Origin: an uncultured Pseudomonadales bacterium
GTDB taxonomy: Bacteria > Patescibacteriota > Microgenomatia > UBA1400 > UBA1396
Direction of reading: 5' to 3'
NCBI GenBank assembly: GCA_964511175.1
Contig: CAZEEI010000002.1
Location: forward strand, 2,063 to 66,062
DNA length: 64,000 nucleotides
Below the pieces are notes generated by a model that saw only the letters and a list, made by a program, of their open reading frames with translations, was not told where the DNA came from and searched no databases. Shown here one piece after another: positions 9,399-19,286 of the stretch; within the stretch, counting starts at the first letter, position 1, and each line of letters starts with the position of its first letter. The translations under genes and the position numbers were made by a program.

Positions 9399-10383
9399 TG
9401 TTGATATTCTAATTGTTGATGCTTTTTCTTTGTTGTTTAGGGCTTTCCACGCTTTTCCTTTATCCCTAACTTCGCCCAGTGGTGAATTAACTAATGCTGT
9501 TTTTGGCTTTACCCGATTGTTGCTGGACGCCCTACATAAAACTATGCCGGAGTATTTAGTGGTTGCTACTGATCAGGGCAAACCCACTTTCCGTCATCAG
9601 GACTACGTGGAATATAAAGCCAATCGTCCGGAGGCGCCACACGAGTTAACGGTGCAGATTGATCGTTTGTATGAGGTGTTGTCGGTTCTCAATATTCCCA
9701 CGATCGGTGTAGATGGCTATGAAGCCGACGACGTTATTGGTACTTTAGCCGCACAACTGCGCCAGGAGTGCCCCGAATTAGTAGTTGGCATTTTAACTGG
9801 CGATCGTGATGCTTATCAGTTGGTGGGCGGCAATGTTGTCGTAGTAACCCCCTCGCATCAGCGCAATGTTGAACTGCAGGTTATTGATAAAGTAGCCGTA
9901 GAAAAACGTTTTGGCATTCTACCTGATCAGGTAGTTGATTACAAAGCATTATGCGGCGATGTTTCCGATAATATTCCTGGTGTCAAAGGTATTGGTCCTA
10001 AGACGGCAGTACAGTTGTTAACCAAATTCGGTTCTTTAACTCGTCTTTATGCTGCCTTAGCCTGGAGTGCCGGCGCAGCGGCAGAGGTGGCGGGCCTGTC
10101 CTTAGCTGAGGATGAAAAAAAGACTTTAATTGAACAATTCTCATCGCTTTCACCAACAGTAGTGCGCAAATTGGCTGATTCGCAGGAAAGTGCTTGGTTA
10201 TCACAGCGGCTGGCGCGTATTGATACGGCAGTGCCTTTATCTTTTACCCTGGCGAGTGCGCGGTTGAGCGATTATGATAAAGAACGGGCGCTAGCTTTGT
10301 TTGATAAGCTTGGTTTTCAGTCGTTAAAGAAACGATTACCGGCGGATAATTTTGAAGCCGGCGTCCAAGCAAGTTTATTTTAG
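9382..10383 (+). CDS. Stand-alone 5'-3' exonuclease / flap endonuclease (Pol I N-terminal family)
   Basis: DAFSLLFRAFHA, YKANR, EADDVIGT, TGDRD, GDVSDNIPGVKGIGPKTA. No polymerase domain; ends in QASLF. Probable GTG start at 9382. Confidence 0.92.
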   Translation: MTTLIDVDILIVDAFSLLFRAFHAFPLSLTSPSGELTNAVFGFTRLLLDALHKTMPEYLVVATDQGKPTFRHQDYVEYKANRPEAPHELTVQIDRLYEVLSVLNIPTIGVDGYEADDVIGTLAAQLRQECPELVVGILTGDRDAYQLVGGNVVVVTPSHQRNVELQVIDKVAVEKRFGILPDQVVDYKALCGDVSDNIPGVKGIGPKTAVQLLTKFGSLTRLYAALAWSAGAAAEVAGLSLAEDEKKTLIEQFSSLSPTVVRKLADSQESAWLSQRLARIDTAVPLSFTLASARLSDYDKERALALFDKLGFQSLKKRLPADNFEAGVQASLF

Positions 10384-10391
10384 GAGGTTAG

Positions 10392-11360
10392 ATGGCTTTT
10401 AAACCTGGCAGTATTATTCAAGACCGCTTTTTATTAACCGCCATGGAGCAACGTACTACCAAACAGGGCAAGAAGTTCTACACTTTGCAGTTAGCTCATC
10501 CGGAGGGCGCGATTGCCGGTACCATTTGGAGTGAGGCCATACCCCGCGTTAAAATCGTGCCGGATGCGGTGGTTTACTTGGAAGGCAAGATCGATAGTTA
10601 CAATGGCCGCACTTCGTTAGTGGTGGAGTCGGGTTACACTTTAGCCGACGCCGACCCGGCCGAGTTTTTAACCGCGGTTAAAACAACCCCGACGTTAATT
10701 TTTGATATTGAGACAGTGGGTATTCCTTTCGCTGACATTGCAGCCGAATCACAACGGTATCTACTGGAAAGACTGGAACGGGCGGAAACACCGACCGACC
10801 AAGAAGCCGCCAAACAGAAAACCGGTCTTTACCCCCTATTTGGTTACGTGGGAGCGATCGGTTTACTTGACACCCGGCAGAAAGGGACGGTTCTACTGCT
10901 GAATAAATCGGCCGTTACCATGGAAGACCAGCGTTTTAGTTGTGAAGTTTTTTCGACCGAGAAAGAATTATTAACCCGTTTTTGGGAAATCGCTGCTAAA
11001 TACCAACGTTTTGTTACTTACAATGGGCTCAGTTTTGATTGGCCTTTTTTAGTGTTTCGCTCTGGCGTTAACCGAGTTAAGGTATCGGTGCCGATCCGTC
11101 CCTGGAACAAAGATGAGAACAATTTGGATTTAGCCGTGGAAATTCCGCCTAGCCGGACAATGTATAAATTAAGTGAGGTGACCAAGGCAATGGGCTTGTC
11201 TAATCCCAAAGAGGCCGGGGTAAATGGCGGTGACGTGACCGCCCTTTTTGCGGCTGGTCAGCAGTCAGTGGTGGCTCAGTATGTGGCTCGCGATGTCAGT
11301 TCAACGGAACAATTATATGAGCTTTGGCGCACTTATTTGGCGGGACGTACGATTGTTTAG
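10392..11360 (+). CDS. OB-fold fused to DEDD (PolB-related) 3'-5' exonuclease
   Basis: N-terminal ~95 aa resemble the YhaM OB fold; followed by FDIET (ExoI), YNGLSFD (ExoII) and YVARD (ExoIII). Confidence 0.8.
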   Translation: MAFKPGSIIQDRFLLTAMEQRTTKQGKKFYTLQLAHPEGAIAGTIWSEAIPRVKIVPDAVVYLEGKIDSYNGRTSLVVESGYTLADADPAEFLTAVKTTPTLIFDIETVGIPFADIAAESQRYLLERLERAETPTDQEAAKQKTGLYPLFGYVGAIGLLDTRQKGTVLLLNKSAVTMEDQRFSCEVFSTEKELLTRFWEIAAKYQRFVTYNGLSFDWPFLVFRSGVNRVKVSVPIRPWNKDENNLDLAVEIPPSRTMYKLSEVTKAMGLSNPKEAGVNGGDVTALFAAGQQSVVAQYVARDVSSTEQLYELWRTYLAGRTIV

Positions 11361-11396
11361 ATTGCTGGGTGGAAAAACAACAGTTATACTGGGGTA

Positions 11397-12104
11397 ATGT
11401 TAGAAGAGCGTGATTTGACGTTTGGTTCGTCAGGTCGGTTGCGTAGCGGCTGGGGTAGTTTGGTTAATGACCGAGCTAGTTTTACACCCACCCCTCGTCG
11501 TCGCCATTCACGTCGCGGTTTATTAGGTGCGGTTTTAGTCGTTTTAGTGCTTGGTTTGGGTTTAGTGGCCGCCCTGTTGGCTAGCCAGACCAATTTAGAT
11601 CTACGTCAGTTCGCCTGGGGTGGAGTTAATTTAAACACTAGCCTTTTTCAGCAGCGCTGGCTGGGTCCCAATCTGCAGGAGGTCATAGCCCGAGCTCCGT
11701 CGCAAGCCGGGGTCAAGGAGGTTTTTCACCAGTTAACCCGTCTTTATTGGGATGCTGACGTAGTTAACATTTCTTTACCACAGTTTGATTTTAACGGTGT
11801 AGCGTTTAAGGCCTATGAACCCAGCCGGAACGTTACTTATATTTTTGCCCGTCTAAATAACGTGCCGTGGGTGGAGGGTAAATATCTGGCGCTTTGGCTG
11901 GAAGGTAACGATGGCAGCTGGCTTTATGCCGGTTCACCGGAGTACACCATCGAATCCGGAGTTCTAGTGGCCTATTTTACTTTCCCTCTGGAGGGCAAAG
12001 TCGATCAGTACCGTATTCTCCATATCACTAGCGATAAGACCCAGCGTTCTTCTTTACCGGGCGATGATTTATTAGCTATTGCGTTTGCGGAGGATCAGCC
12101 ATGA
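11397..12104 (+). CDS. Single-TM membrane protein with extracytoplasmic beta-rich domain (RskA C-terminal-like)
   Basis: Basic stretch, TM helix, then YLALWL...YAG...QYRILHIT pattern; stop overlaps next ATG (ATGA). Confidence 0.6.
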   Translation: MLEERDLTFGSSGRLRSGWGSLVNDRASFTPTPRRRHSRRGLLGAVLVVLVLGLGLVAALLASQTNLDLRQFAWGGVNLNTSLFQQRWLGPNLQEVIARAPSQAGVKEVFHQLTRLYWDADVVNISLPQFDFNGVAFKAYEPSRNVTYIFARLNNVPWVEGKYLALWLEGNDGSWLYAGSPEYTIESGVLVAYFTFPLEGKVDQYRILHITSDKTQRSSLPGDDLLAIAFAEDQP

Positions 12105-15100
12105 GTGTTTGGTCGTCGCTATACTATTGTGGTCGACGCTTGCTGTCAGTATCTTTGCTAATTGGTTTGCTGATATTAGGATCAGCCGGTATTGCTTGGG
12201 CTTGTGATAATGGCGTGCCGGAAGGTGGTGAGGCGCGCAATGCCGGCAACGGTTGTGCCTATCGTTGTGTTAATGGCGGTTGGGAGGGGCCGATTTGGTG
12301 TGATGGTCAAGGTAACGGTCAATTTCAGGGGGAAGCGGCGCGCAGTGAAGCCGACCGGCAAGTTCAGACTAATGCAGTGGCAGAGTCTTTAGCCGAAGCT
12401 GCTGCCCAACTAGCGCAACAGTCGCCTGAGGAAACTGCGCAACATGCTACTAACAATGCCAATCAGCGGGCGTTGGAAGCGATACGTCAGCAAGCGATGG
12501 TTGAATCTCAGCGGCAAGCGGCGGTGGCTAGCGGTGTTTCGGCGGCCGAAGCCGCGGCGCGGTCTTCGGCCGCATCGGCCAACGTATCCCAAGCAGCTGG
12601 TACTACTCAAGGATCTTCGTTGGTAGGCAGCGGCAATCTACTAGCCAATCAACTAGCTGCTTCCGGTTATGGTTCGCCGGAGCAGGCTTTGGCAGCGGCC
12701 GGCTTGTCTGGTTCCAACGTAGCTGGTGCGGCAGTCAGTCAGGCAGTTAATCCGGAGAGTCTAGGTGGATCGTGCGATCTCAACACCGGTGCGGCCGGCA
12801 GCCAAGGGGTGGGTGGCGTTTGCTGCCGGGGTGGAGTGGCGGAATGTGGAGCGGACACCAACGGAGCTTGTATGTCGACACTCGACCGTCCAGGTGTAGT
12901 GGGGGTTTGTGGGGCAGCCGGTAGTCAAGATATATCTGGTTTTTGTGGCGATAGTTTTTGTAACGGTGCCAACGAAAACGCTAACAGTTGTGAGGCTGAT
13001 TGTCGTAATGTTGCCGCCGGCCAATCCGGTAATGCTCTGTTTTTGAGGGAAGGTGGCAAGTGTGTATCTTGTCCATCCGGCAAAGAAAATTCTTGTGGTA
13101 CCTATGCTGAATGTTTACGGGGGGAGACTGATCAACCACTAGTCGAGGCAGTTACCTTAACGCCGGCGCAGCAGCGGCAAATGGATCAATTAACCAATCT
13201 GGCCGACCAGTGTCGCAACGCCATTTACTCTGAGGACGACATTAATGGATTTAAGTGCACTAATCGTTATTTGGAAAAATATAACGAAGTCGCTCAAACC
13301 GCAGACGGTAAAGTAGTAACGGCGCTTATCACCGAACGCCGTGAAGCCGAAAATCACATATATGATCTGGCTGCGAATCTTGCCGAACAGAATATCAATT
13401 GTGAACAGGCCATAAAAACAGGATCCAATTGTCTGATGAATCTTGAGGATTATGAACTAGGCTATGCTGATGCGCTGGCGAGATTTGCCAAATTATATCC
13501 GGAGAGGGCGGCGAAGGTAGAGAGCAATAGCAAAAACTATCAAACCTATTTGGACGAGGAAGCTGGACGAGCTTTGGACACGGCAAAAAACTTAGAACAG
13601 CGTTTTGAAGATTTAGCAACAGAGGTACAATCGCAGTGTAAGGGTGCAGGTTCTCTAGACGAAGTAACAAAGTGTGTCGACCGCAAACGCAACGTGGTAG
13701 AGGCAGCTTATCAAAATTACTCTGATCCGGAGAGTTCATTTTGTCAGCGTTTTCCTAAAAGTTGCGTGTCAGCTAAGGATATTGCATCCGAAGTCCAAGC
13801 GGTGAATGTCGACAATTTGTATCCTGAGGTGGAAGGTAAATATAAACCTGATGGTAGTAGGGTTTGCCGCAGAAATTTGGACAACCTTAATAATTGTGTA
13901 GCATCAATTCCTGGTCAGGTTGAGGTAACGCCGGGAAAGCCGGCCGAAACTAGCCCGGTTGTACCTCCAGAAATCCCTACCGCTCCGGTTGTCCCAACTG
14001 GACTGATTGCGCCCTCTGTTCCGGATGTTCCGAGTGGTAGTGTTCGTGATACTGGTTCAAGAGTTGGGCTTACTAGCGAACAGAAAGCAGCTATCGACGG
14101 CTCAACTGCGGAAACGGTAGCTCCCGCCACGATTCAAGGTTTTGCAATTGAAACGAGAGTAAACCAAGAAGGAGAATCCGAAAATATTTGCCCCGATAAC
14201 TTACCCGGTGGTTGTCACTGTGGTACTAGTGATATTATGTCTGGCATGGGTTGCCCTGCGGGTTCGACCCTAGGGCTTGAAACGTATCCTTGGCGTTGTC
14301 CCAGCCAACCAGAGGTATCGTATTGTCAATGTGATGGTAGGAATGTACTTCCTGATGGCAGTTGTCCCGCGGGATCGGCTTTCTCTGTTATATATGGTTC
14401 GTCAACCAACGAGCAAGAAGAAGCGATTAATGGCTCAGCGGTATCGTTAACCCCACCGGAGACAACGGCTGCTTCCTCTACTGTAGTGGGTGATAAATGT
14501 CCAGACACGTTGGATGGTAAAGAAGTAAAACGGTGTAATTGTGGAACGGGTGACGTTAAAGAGGCTATTGATTCAGGTGACTCTTGTCCGGATGGTTCGT
14601 CGCCTCAGGTAGTCTTGGCTAAGTCGACACCAGCTGACTCAACTACTGTGGTGGCATCATTTTCCCAAGAACAAGTGAATGCTTTTGGCGGGCAGGTGAT
14701 TAACGCACTGCGTAATGTGGGGCAAAATATTACTAATGCTTGGGCCGGTCTTTTTGGTTCGGTTACGGGTGGTACAACAAAACAAGATACTACTACAACG
14801 CAACCAACCACTTCTCAATCGACTAATGAAACAGATCAGTCCACCAGCGAAACAGAGTTCGAAACCAGGCCTGATGAGCAAGGTTGGGATGTTAATATTT
14901 GCCCAGCCGAAGCAGCTGATGGTTGTAATTGTGAGGGTCGTTATATTCGGCCGGGTCAGGAATGCCGGGTACATTTATCCCTAACGGTGTTAAGTAGTGA
15001 GACACCAGTTCAAACTTGTCCCACTAATGCTAATGTTCTCTACTGTGAATGTGACCTAACCACACGACAGCCGGGCGAGACTTGTCCGAGTACCGCCAAG

Positions 15101-16066
15101 TTTAACATTGTTAGGAGTCGGCAGAATGTGATTACTGATCTTACTGATGGTGTTAGGCGAGTAGCGGAACAAGTCTCTTACGCCGTTAATACTCTGGCTC
15201 GTCAGTATGCTGCTAGCCAACTACTTGGTTCGATACAGAATGCTTTGGGAAATATAATGGGTTCTTCCTCGAAGAGTACGACTGAAGTAGATCAAGTTAC
15301 TACCACAACGGAAACCGAAACCGCGCCGATAGCGGAATTGCCTGAAGGAAAAACAGCGGTAGAAGTTCGCAATACACCAATTTCTGGCAACCAGCTTTTA
15401 GATGGTGGTAAAGGATTAGGAAATGGTAGCACTCAAGATAACGGCAACTTTCAGCTTGAAGGATATTGCCAGGTCAAAAACACAGAAAACATGCAATATA
15501 CAGGGGCTATTTCTGATAATGCAGGTAATTGGTTTTGTACAAACGAAAGTGGGGCAAAAGTTCCGCTTACACCAACTGATATGGATGTAGTATGTGGTTT
15601 GACGTATAAAACTGGTGCAAATTTCAACTCAGATGCTGTTGCCGTATTTGTGCCGGGGTTAACTGGTACTCCTGCTTACAACTGGCGTTGCGGGAGCCGT
15701 AGCGGTTCACCGCCACCAATTGAGACATCAGTTGATGAGGCAACGCCAGTAAAAGATTCCCAACAGCCTGAACCCGTGCTTCTCATGAATGGAACTGGTT
15801 TATCGAACGACCAAAGTGTGACTAACGGCAAGATGCAGGTGGAAGGCTACTGCACTGATCAGGGATATGGTATTAAGCAAGACAATACGAATTGGTACTG
15901 TACCGATGCCCAAAATAATGCGGTAAAGACACTTACCTCTACAGATTTTAACCAAATCTGTCAAGAAACATACAACGATCCCAGTGCCTTTGCTGTACAA
16001 GACGGAGCAGATTCGGTTGCCGCTTACAACTGGAACTGTTACGGTTATAATGAGTCGTCACAATGA
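12101..16066 (+). CDS. Large secreted Cys-rich, Thr/Ser-rich repeat protein (1321 aa)
   Basis: Signal peptide ending AWA, many Cys modules, Thr/Pro-rich linkers, duplicated C-terminal domain. Confidence 0.85.
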   Translation: MSVWSSLYYCGRRLLSVSLLIGLLILGSAGIAWACDNGVPEGGEARNAGNGCAYRCVNGGWEGPIWCDGQGNGQFQGEAARSEADRQVQTNAVAESLAEAAAQLAQQSPEETAQHATNNANQRALEAIRQQAMVESQRQAAVASGVSAAEAAARSSAASANVSQAAGTTQGSSLVGSGNLLANQLAASGYGSPEQALAAAGLSGSNVAGAAVSQAVNPESLGGSCDLNTGAAGSQGVGGVCCRGGVAECGADTNGACMSTLDRPGVVGVCGAAGSQDISGFCGDSFCNGANENANSCEADCRNVAAGQSGNALFLREGGKCVSCPSGKENSCGTYAECLRGETDQPLVEAVTLTPAQQRQMDQLTNLADQCRNAIYSEDDINGFKCTNRYLEKYNEVAQTADGKVVTALITERREAENHIYDLAANLAEQNINCEQAIKTGSNCLMNLEDYELGYADALARFAKLYPERAAKVESNSKNYQTYLDEEAGRALDTAKNLEQRFEDLATEVQSQCKGAGSLDEVTKCVDRKRNVVEAAYQNYSDPESSFCQRFPKSCVSAKDIASEVQAVNVDNLYPEVEGKYKPDGSRVCRRNLDNLNNCVASIPGQVEVTPGKPAETSPVVPPEIPTAPVVPTGLIAPSVPDVPSGSVRDTGSRVGLTSEQKAAIDGSTAETVAPATIQGFAIETRVNQEGESENICPDNLPGGCHCGTSDIMSGMGCPAGSTLGLETYPWRCPSQPEVSYCQCDGRNVLPDGSCPAGSAFSVIYGSSTNEQEEAINGSAVSLTPPETTAASSTVVGDKCPDTLDGKEVKRCNCGTGDVKEAIDSGDSCPDGSSPQVVLAKSTPADSTTVVASFSQEQVNAFGGQVINALRNVGQNITNAWAGLFGSVTGGTTKQDTTTTQPTTSQSTNETDQSTSETEFETRPDEQGWDVNICPAEAADGCNCEGRYIRPGQECRVHLSLTVLSSETPVQTCPTNANVLYCECDLTTRQPGETCPSTAKFNIVRSRQNVITDLTDGVRRVAEQVSYAVNTLARQYAASQLLGSIQNALGNIMGSSSKSTTEVDQVTTTTETETAPIAELPEGKTAVEVRNTPISGNQLLDGGKGLGNGSTQDNGNFQLEGYCQVKNTENMQYTGAISDNAGNWFCTNESGAKVPLTPTDMDVVCGLTYKTGANFNSDAVAVFVPGLTGTPAYNWRCGSRSGSPPPIETSVDEATPVKDSQQPEPVLLMNGTGLSNDQSVTNGKMQVEGYCTDQGYGIKQDNTNWYCTDAQNNAVKTLTSTDFNQICQETYNDPSAFAVQDGADSVAAYNWNCYGYNESSQ

Positions 16067-17361
16067 AAATTTGCGTAATTGGTACCGGCTTTGTAGGCGT
16101 AGTCACGGCGGCGGTGTTGGCTTCCTTTGATAATGAGGTGGTTGGTTTAGATATTGATCCGGCCAAAATTGCCAAGCTCCGCCAGGGTGAAGTTCCTTTT
16201 TTTGAGCCAAAGCTAGAGGATCTCCTACGTTCGACCCAAACCAACGGTCAGCTTACTTTTACTACCGACTACGCTCAAGCGGTTGGCGACGCTGACGTGG
16301 TGGTTGTAGCGGTAGGAACTCCTTCCGCCCCGGACGGTAATGCCGATCTAACCTATGTTTTTCAAGCTTGTGAGGCCGCTGCCGCCCACCTCAAAGAGGG
16401 GGCTATTTTGGCGATTAAGAGCACTGTGCCGCCCGGCACTCTAACCGAAGTGCGCCAGCATTTGGCCGATCACACGAGTCGTCCCTTTATCTTGGCGTCT
16501 TTGCCGGAATTTCTGCGGGAAGGTTCGGCGGTAGATGACACTTTGCATCCTAGCCGGGTAGTGATCGGTTGTACCGACCCGGCCGGCCAAGAGATTCTAC
16601 GGCGTTTGCACACACCTTTCCAAGCCCCCATAGTCATGGTTTCGCCGGAGAGCGCGCAAATGGGCAAGTATGCGGCCAACGCTTATCTAGCAACGCGGAT
16701 CACTTTTATTAACCAAATTGCCGATCTATGCGAGGTTAACGGTGCTAACGTGCAGGAAGTGATTAAGGTGATCGGTGAAGATCCGCGCATCGGCCGGCAC
16801 TACTGGTACCCTGGTTTGGGTTACGGTGGTTCATGTTTCCCCAAGGACGTGCGCGAATTAGCTGCCTACTCGCGTTCGGTAGGACATGGTAACAATTTGT
16901 TTAACAAAATCAATGAGCTTAACACCGAGCGGATTTTCACTAAACTGGATGAGTTTGAAAAATTAATCGGTACTTGGGAAGGTAAGACCGTGGCGGTGCT
17001 GGGTTTATCCTTTAAGCCCAATACCGATGATTTGCGGGAAGCGCCCAGTACTAAGCTGATTCCTCATCTCCTGCACAAAGGGGCCAAGGTAATTGGTCAT
17101 GACCCCATGGCTATTCCGGTAGCTGAGAAAGTTTTCGAACCGGACGCTAACCTTAGTTTTAGCACTGATTTGTCCGCCGTTGTTGCCGTAGCCGACGTAA
17201 TAATGGTAGTGGTAGAGTGGTCAGAGTATCTTCAGTATCCTTTTGTTCAGGCAGAAGGACGTGGTCGGTTGTTCGTGGATGCCCGTAATCAGTTTGAGCC
17301 ACAAGGTTTATTGCAAGCCGGCTGGCGCTACATGGGTGTAGGCAGGGGAGATCAATCATGA
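16063..17361 (+). CDS. ugd: UDP-glucose/GDP-mannose 6-dehydrogenase
   Basis: GTGFVG, AVGTP, KSTVPPGT, PEFLREG, GYGGSCFPKD, FKPNTDDLRE. Confidence 0.93.
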   Translation: MKICVIGTGFVGVVTAAVLASFDNEVVGLDIDPAKIAKLRQGEVPFFEPKLEDLLRSTQTNGQLTFTTDYAQAVGDADVVVVAVGTPSAPDGNADLTYVFQACEAAAAHLKEGAILAIKSTVPPGTLTEVRQHLADHTSRPFILASLPEFLREGSAVDDTLHPSRVVIGCTDPAGQEILRRLHTPFQAPIVMVSPESAQMGKYAANAYLATRITFINQIADLCEVNGANVQEVIKVIGEDPRIGRHYWYPGLGYGGSCFPKDVRELAAYSRSVGHGNNLFNKINELNTERIFTKLDEFEKLIGTWEGKTVAVLGLSFKPNTDDLREAPSTKLIPHLLHKGAKVIGHDPMAIPVAEKVFEPDANLSFSTDLSAVVAVADVIMVVVEWSEYLQYPFVQAEGRGRLFVDARNQFEPQGLLQAGWRYMGVGRGDQS

Positions 17362-18308
17362 ACCCACGTGTTTTAATCACTGGCGCTTCCGGTTTTGTCG
17401 GATCCCACTTGGTTGAGTATTTATTAAAACAAGGCTATGCCGATCTTTGGGCGACCGCCAATACACCATCGCCGTGGCTGAATGAACAAGTGGGTGAGGA
17501 TCATGTTGCCGTGATTGATTTGACCGAAAGCCAAGCGGTGTTTGATCTAGTAGCTAATACCAAACCAGATTGGATTATTCACTTAGCCGGACTGGCTTTT
17601 GTGGGGGAAAGCTTTGATCGGGCCACGGAAGTTATGAATAATAATACGGCCTTGCAGTACATTATGCTGGAAGCGATGCGCCGTTTTGTGCCTAAGGCCA
17701 GAATGCTGGCGATTGGTTCGGCGGCGGAGTATGGTTCCTTGCCGGCGGAGTTTGACAGCAGCCGGATTACGGAGGATTTTCCCCTCTATCCCAACAACCC
17801 TTACGCGGTATCTAAACTTACCCAGGATTTTTTGTCACTGTCCTACCACTTGGCTTATGGGCTGGACGTGGTGCGAGTGCGGCCTTTCAATCAAATCGGT
17901 CCCCGCCAGACCGGCCAATTTGCCGTGCCAGCCTTCGCCCAACAAATTGTCCGAGTCGAACGGGGCGAGCAGGAACAAGTAATGGTTGGCAATTTAACAG
18001 CAGTGCGTGATTTTACTGATGTCCGGGATGCGGTGCAGGTTTATGAGTTACTGCTCCAAAAAGGCCGGTCCGGCGAAGTTTACAATCTTGGTTCCGGTCA
18101 GGGCGTTGCTCTCCAGACAATACTCGATATACTAATATCGATGGCTCAGAAGCCGGTTGAGGTGGCGGTTGACCCAGCTCGCCTGCGCCCGGTTGACGTT
18201 CCGGTGTTTGTTGCCGGTAATCAGAAAATTAAGGATCTTGGTTGGCGGCCGCAAATCGAACTGCGCCAAACTTTAGCCGATGTCCTAGCTTACGAAAGGA
18301 AACAATGA
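17358..18308 (+). CDS. GDP-4-keto-6-deoxy-D-mannose reductase-like extended SDR (Rmd/Tld family)
   Basis: [32 protein letters not shown]; directly upstream of gmd. Confidence 0.8.
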   Translation: MNPRVLITGASGFVGSHLVEYLLKQGYADLWATANTPSPWLNEQVGEDHVAVIDLTESQAVFDLVANTKPDWIIHLAGLAFVGESFDRATEVMNNNTALQYIMLEAMRRFVPKARMLAIGSAAEYGSLPAEFDSSRITEDFPLYPNNPYAVSKLTQDFLSLSYHLAYGLDVVRVRPFNQIGPRQTGQFAVPAFAQQIVRVERGEQEQVMVGNLTAVRDFTDVRDAVQVYELLLQKGRSGEVYNLGSGQGVALQTILDILISMAQKPVEVAVDPARLRPVDVPVFVAGNQKIKDLGWRPQIELRQTLADVLAYERKQ

Positions 18309-19279
18309 AAAAAGCTTTTATCACTGGTGTAACCGGGCAGGATGGTTCCTATTTAGCTGAGCTGCTGTTAGACAAAGGCTATGCTGTTTATGGTCTCAAT
18401 CGCCGTACCAGTACCCAAAATCTATCGCGTATCATTCATTTGGTGGATAATCCTAATTTCGAATTAGTCTCTGGCGACTTAATTGATCAGCACTCGATCA
18501 CTACGGCTTTACAGAGAATCCAGCCTGACGAAGTATATAACCTAGCCGCCCAATCTTTTGTCCAAACCAGTTGGGAACAGCCGGTTTTAACCGGCGAGTA
18601 TACAGCCTTGGGAGTAACCCGTATGCTGGAGGCGGTACGACTGGCCTGTCCAGGAGCTCATTTTTATCAAGCTTCTTCTTCAGAGATGTTCGGCAAAGTG
18701 CGGGAAGTGCCGCAAAACGAGCAAACACCTTTTTACCCGCGCTCGCCATATGGAGTAGCTAAGGCTTATGGTCATTGGATTACGGTTAATTATCGCGAAT
18801 CTTACGATATGTACGCTGTCTCAGGCATTTTATTTAATCACGAATCACCCCGTCGAGGATTGGAGTTTGTGACGCGGAAGATTTCCCACGCCATTGCCCG
18901 CATTAAACTGGGTAAACAAGACAAAATTCATCTGGGCAATTTAGATTCCAAACGCGATTGGGGATATGCTCGAGACTATGTAGAAGCGATTTGGTTGATG
19001 TTACAGCAGGAAAAGCCTGAAGACTACGTTATTGCGACCGAGGAGACACATTCCGTGCGGGAGTTTTTAATCGAGGCTTGTCGAGTAGCCGAAATACCCA
19101 ACTGGGAGGACATTGTTGTCATTGATGAACGCTACAAGCGGCCGGCGGAAGTTGATTTATTGGTAGGTGATGCTACTAAGGCTCATCAAGAGCTAGGCTG
19201 GCAACCCAAAACTTCCTTTACTGAGTTAGTGCGAATCATGGTTGAGGCCGATTTGGAACTAGTCAAACGAGAAGGGTAA
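18305..19279 (+). CDS. gmd: GDP-mannose 4,6-dehydratase
   Basis: [48 protein letters not shown]. Confidence 0.97.
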   Translation: MKKAFITGVTGQDGSYLAELLLDKGYAVYGLNRRTSTQNLSRIIHLVDNPNFELVSGDLIDQHSITTALQRIQPDEVYNLAAQSFVQTSWEQPVLTGEYTALGVTRMLEAVRLACPGAHFYQASSSEMFGKVREVPQNEQTPFYPRSPYGVAKAYGHWITVNYRESYDMYAVSGILFNHESPRRGLEFVTRKISHAIARIKLGKQDKIHLGNLDSKRDWGYARDYVEAIWLMLQQEKPEDYVIATEETHSVREFLIEACRVAEIPNWEDIVVIDERYKRPAEVDLLVGDATKAHQELGWQPKTSFTELVRIMVEADLELVKREG

Positions 19280-19286
19280 AGTACGT

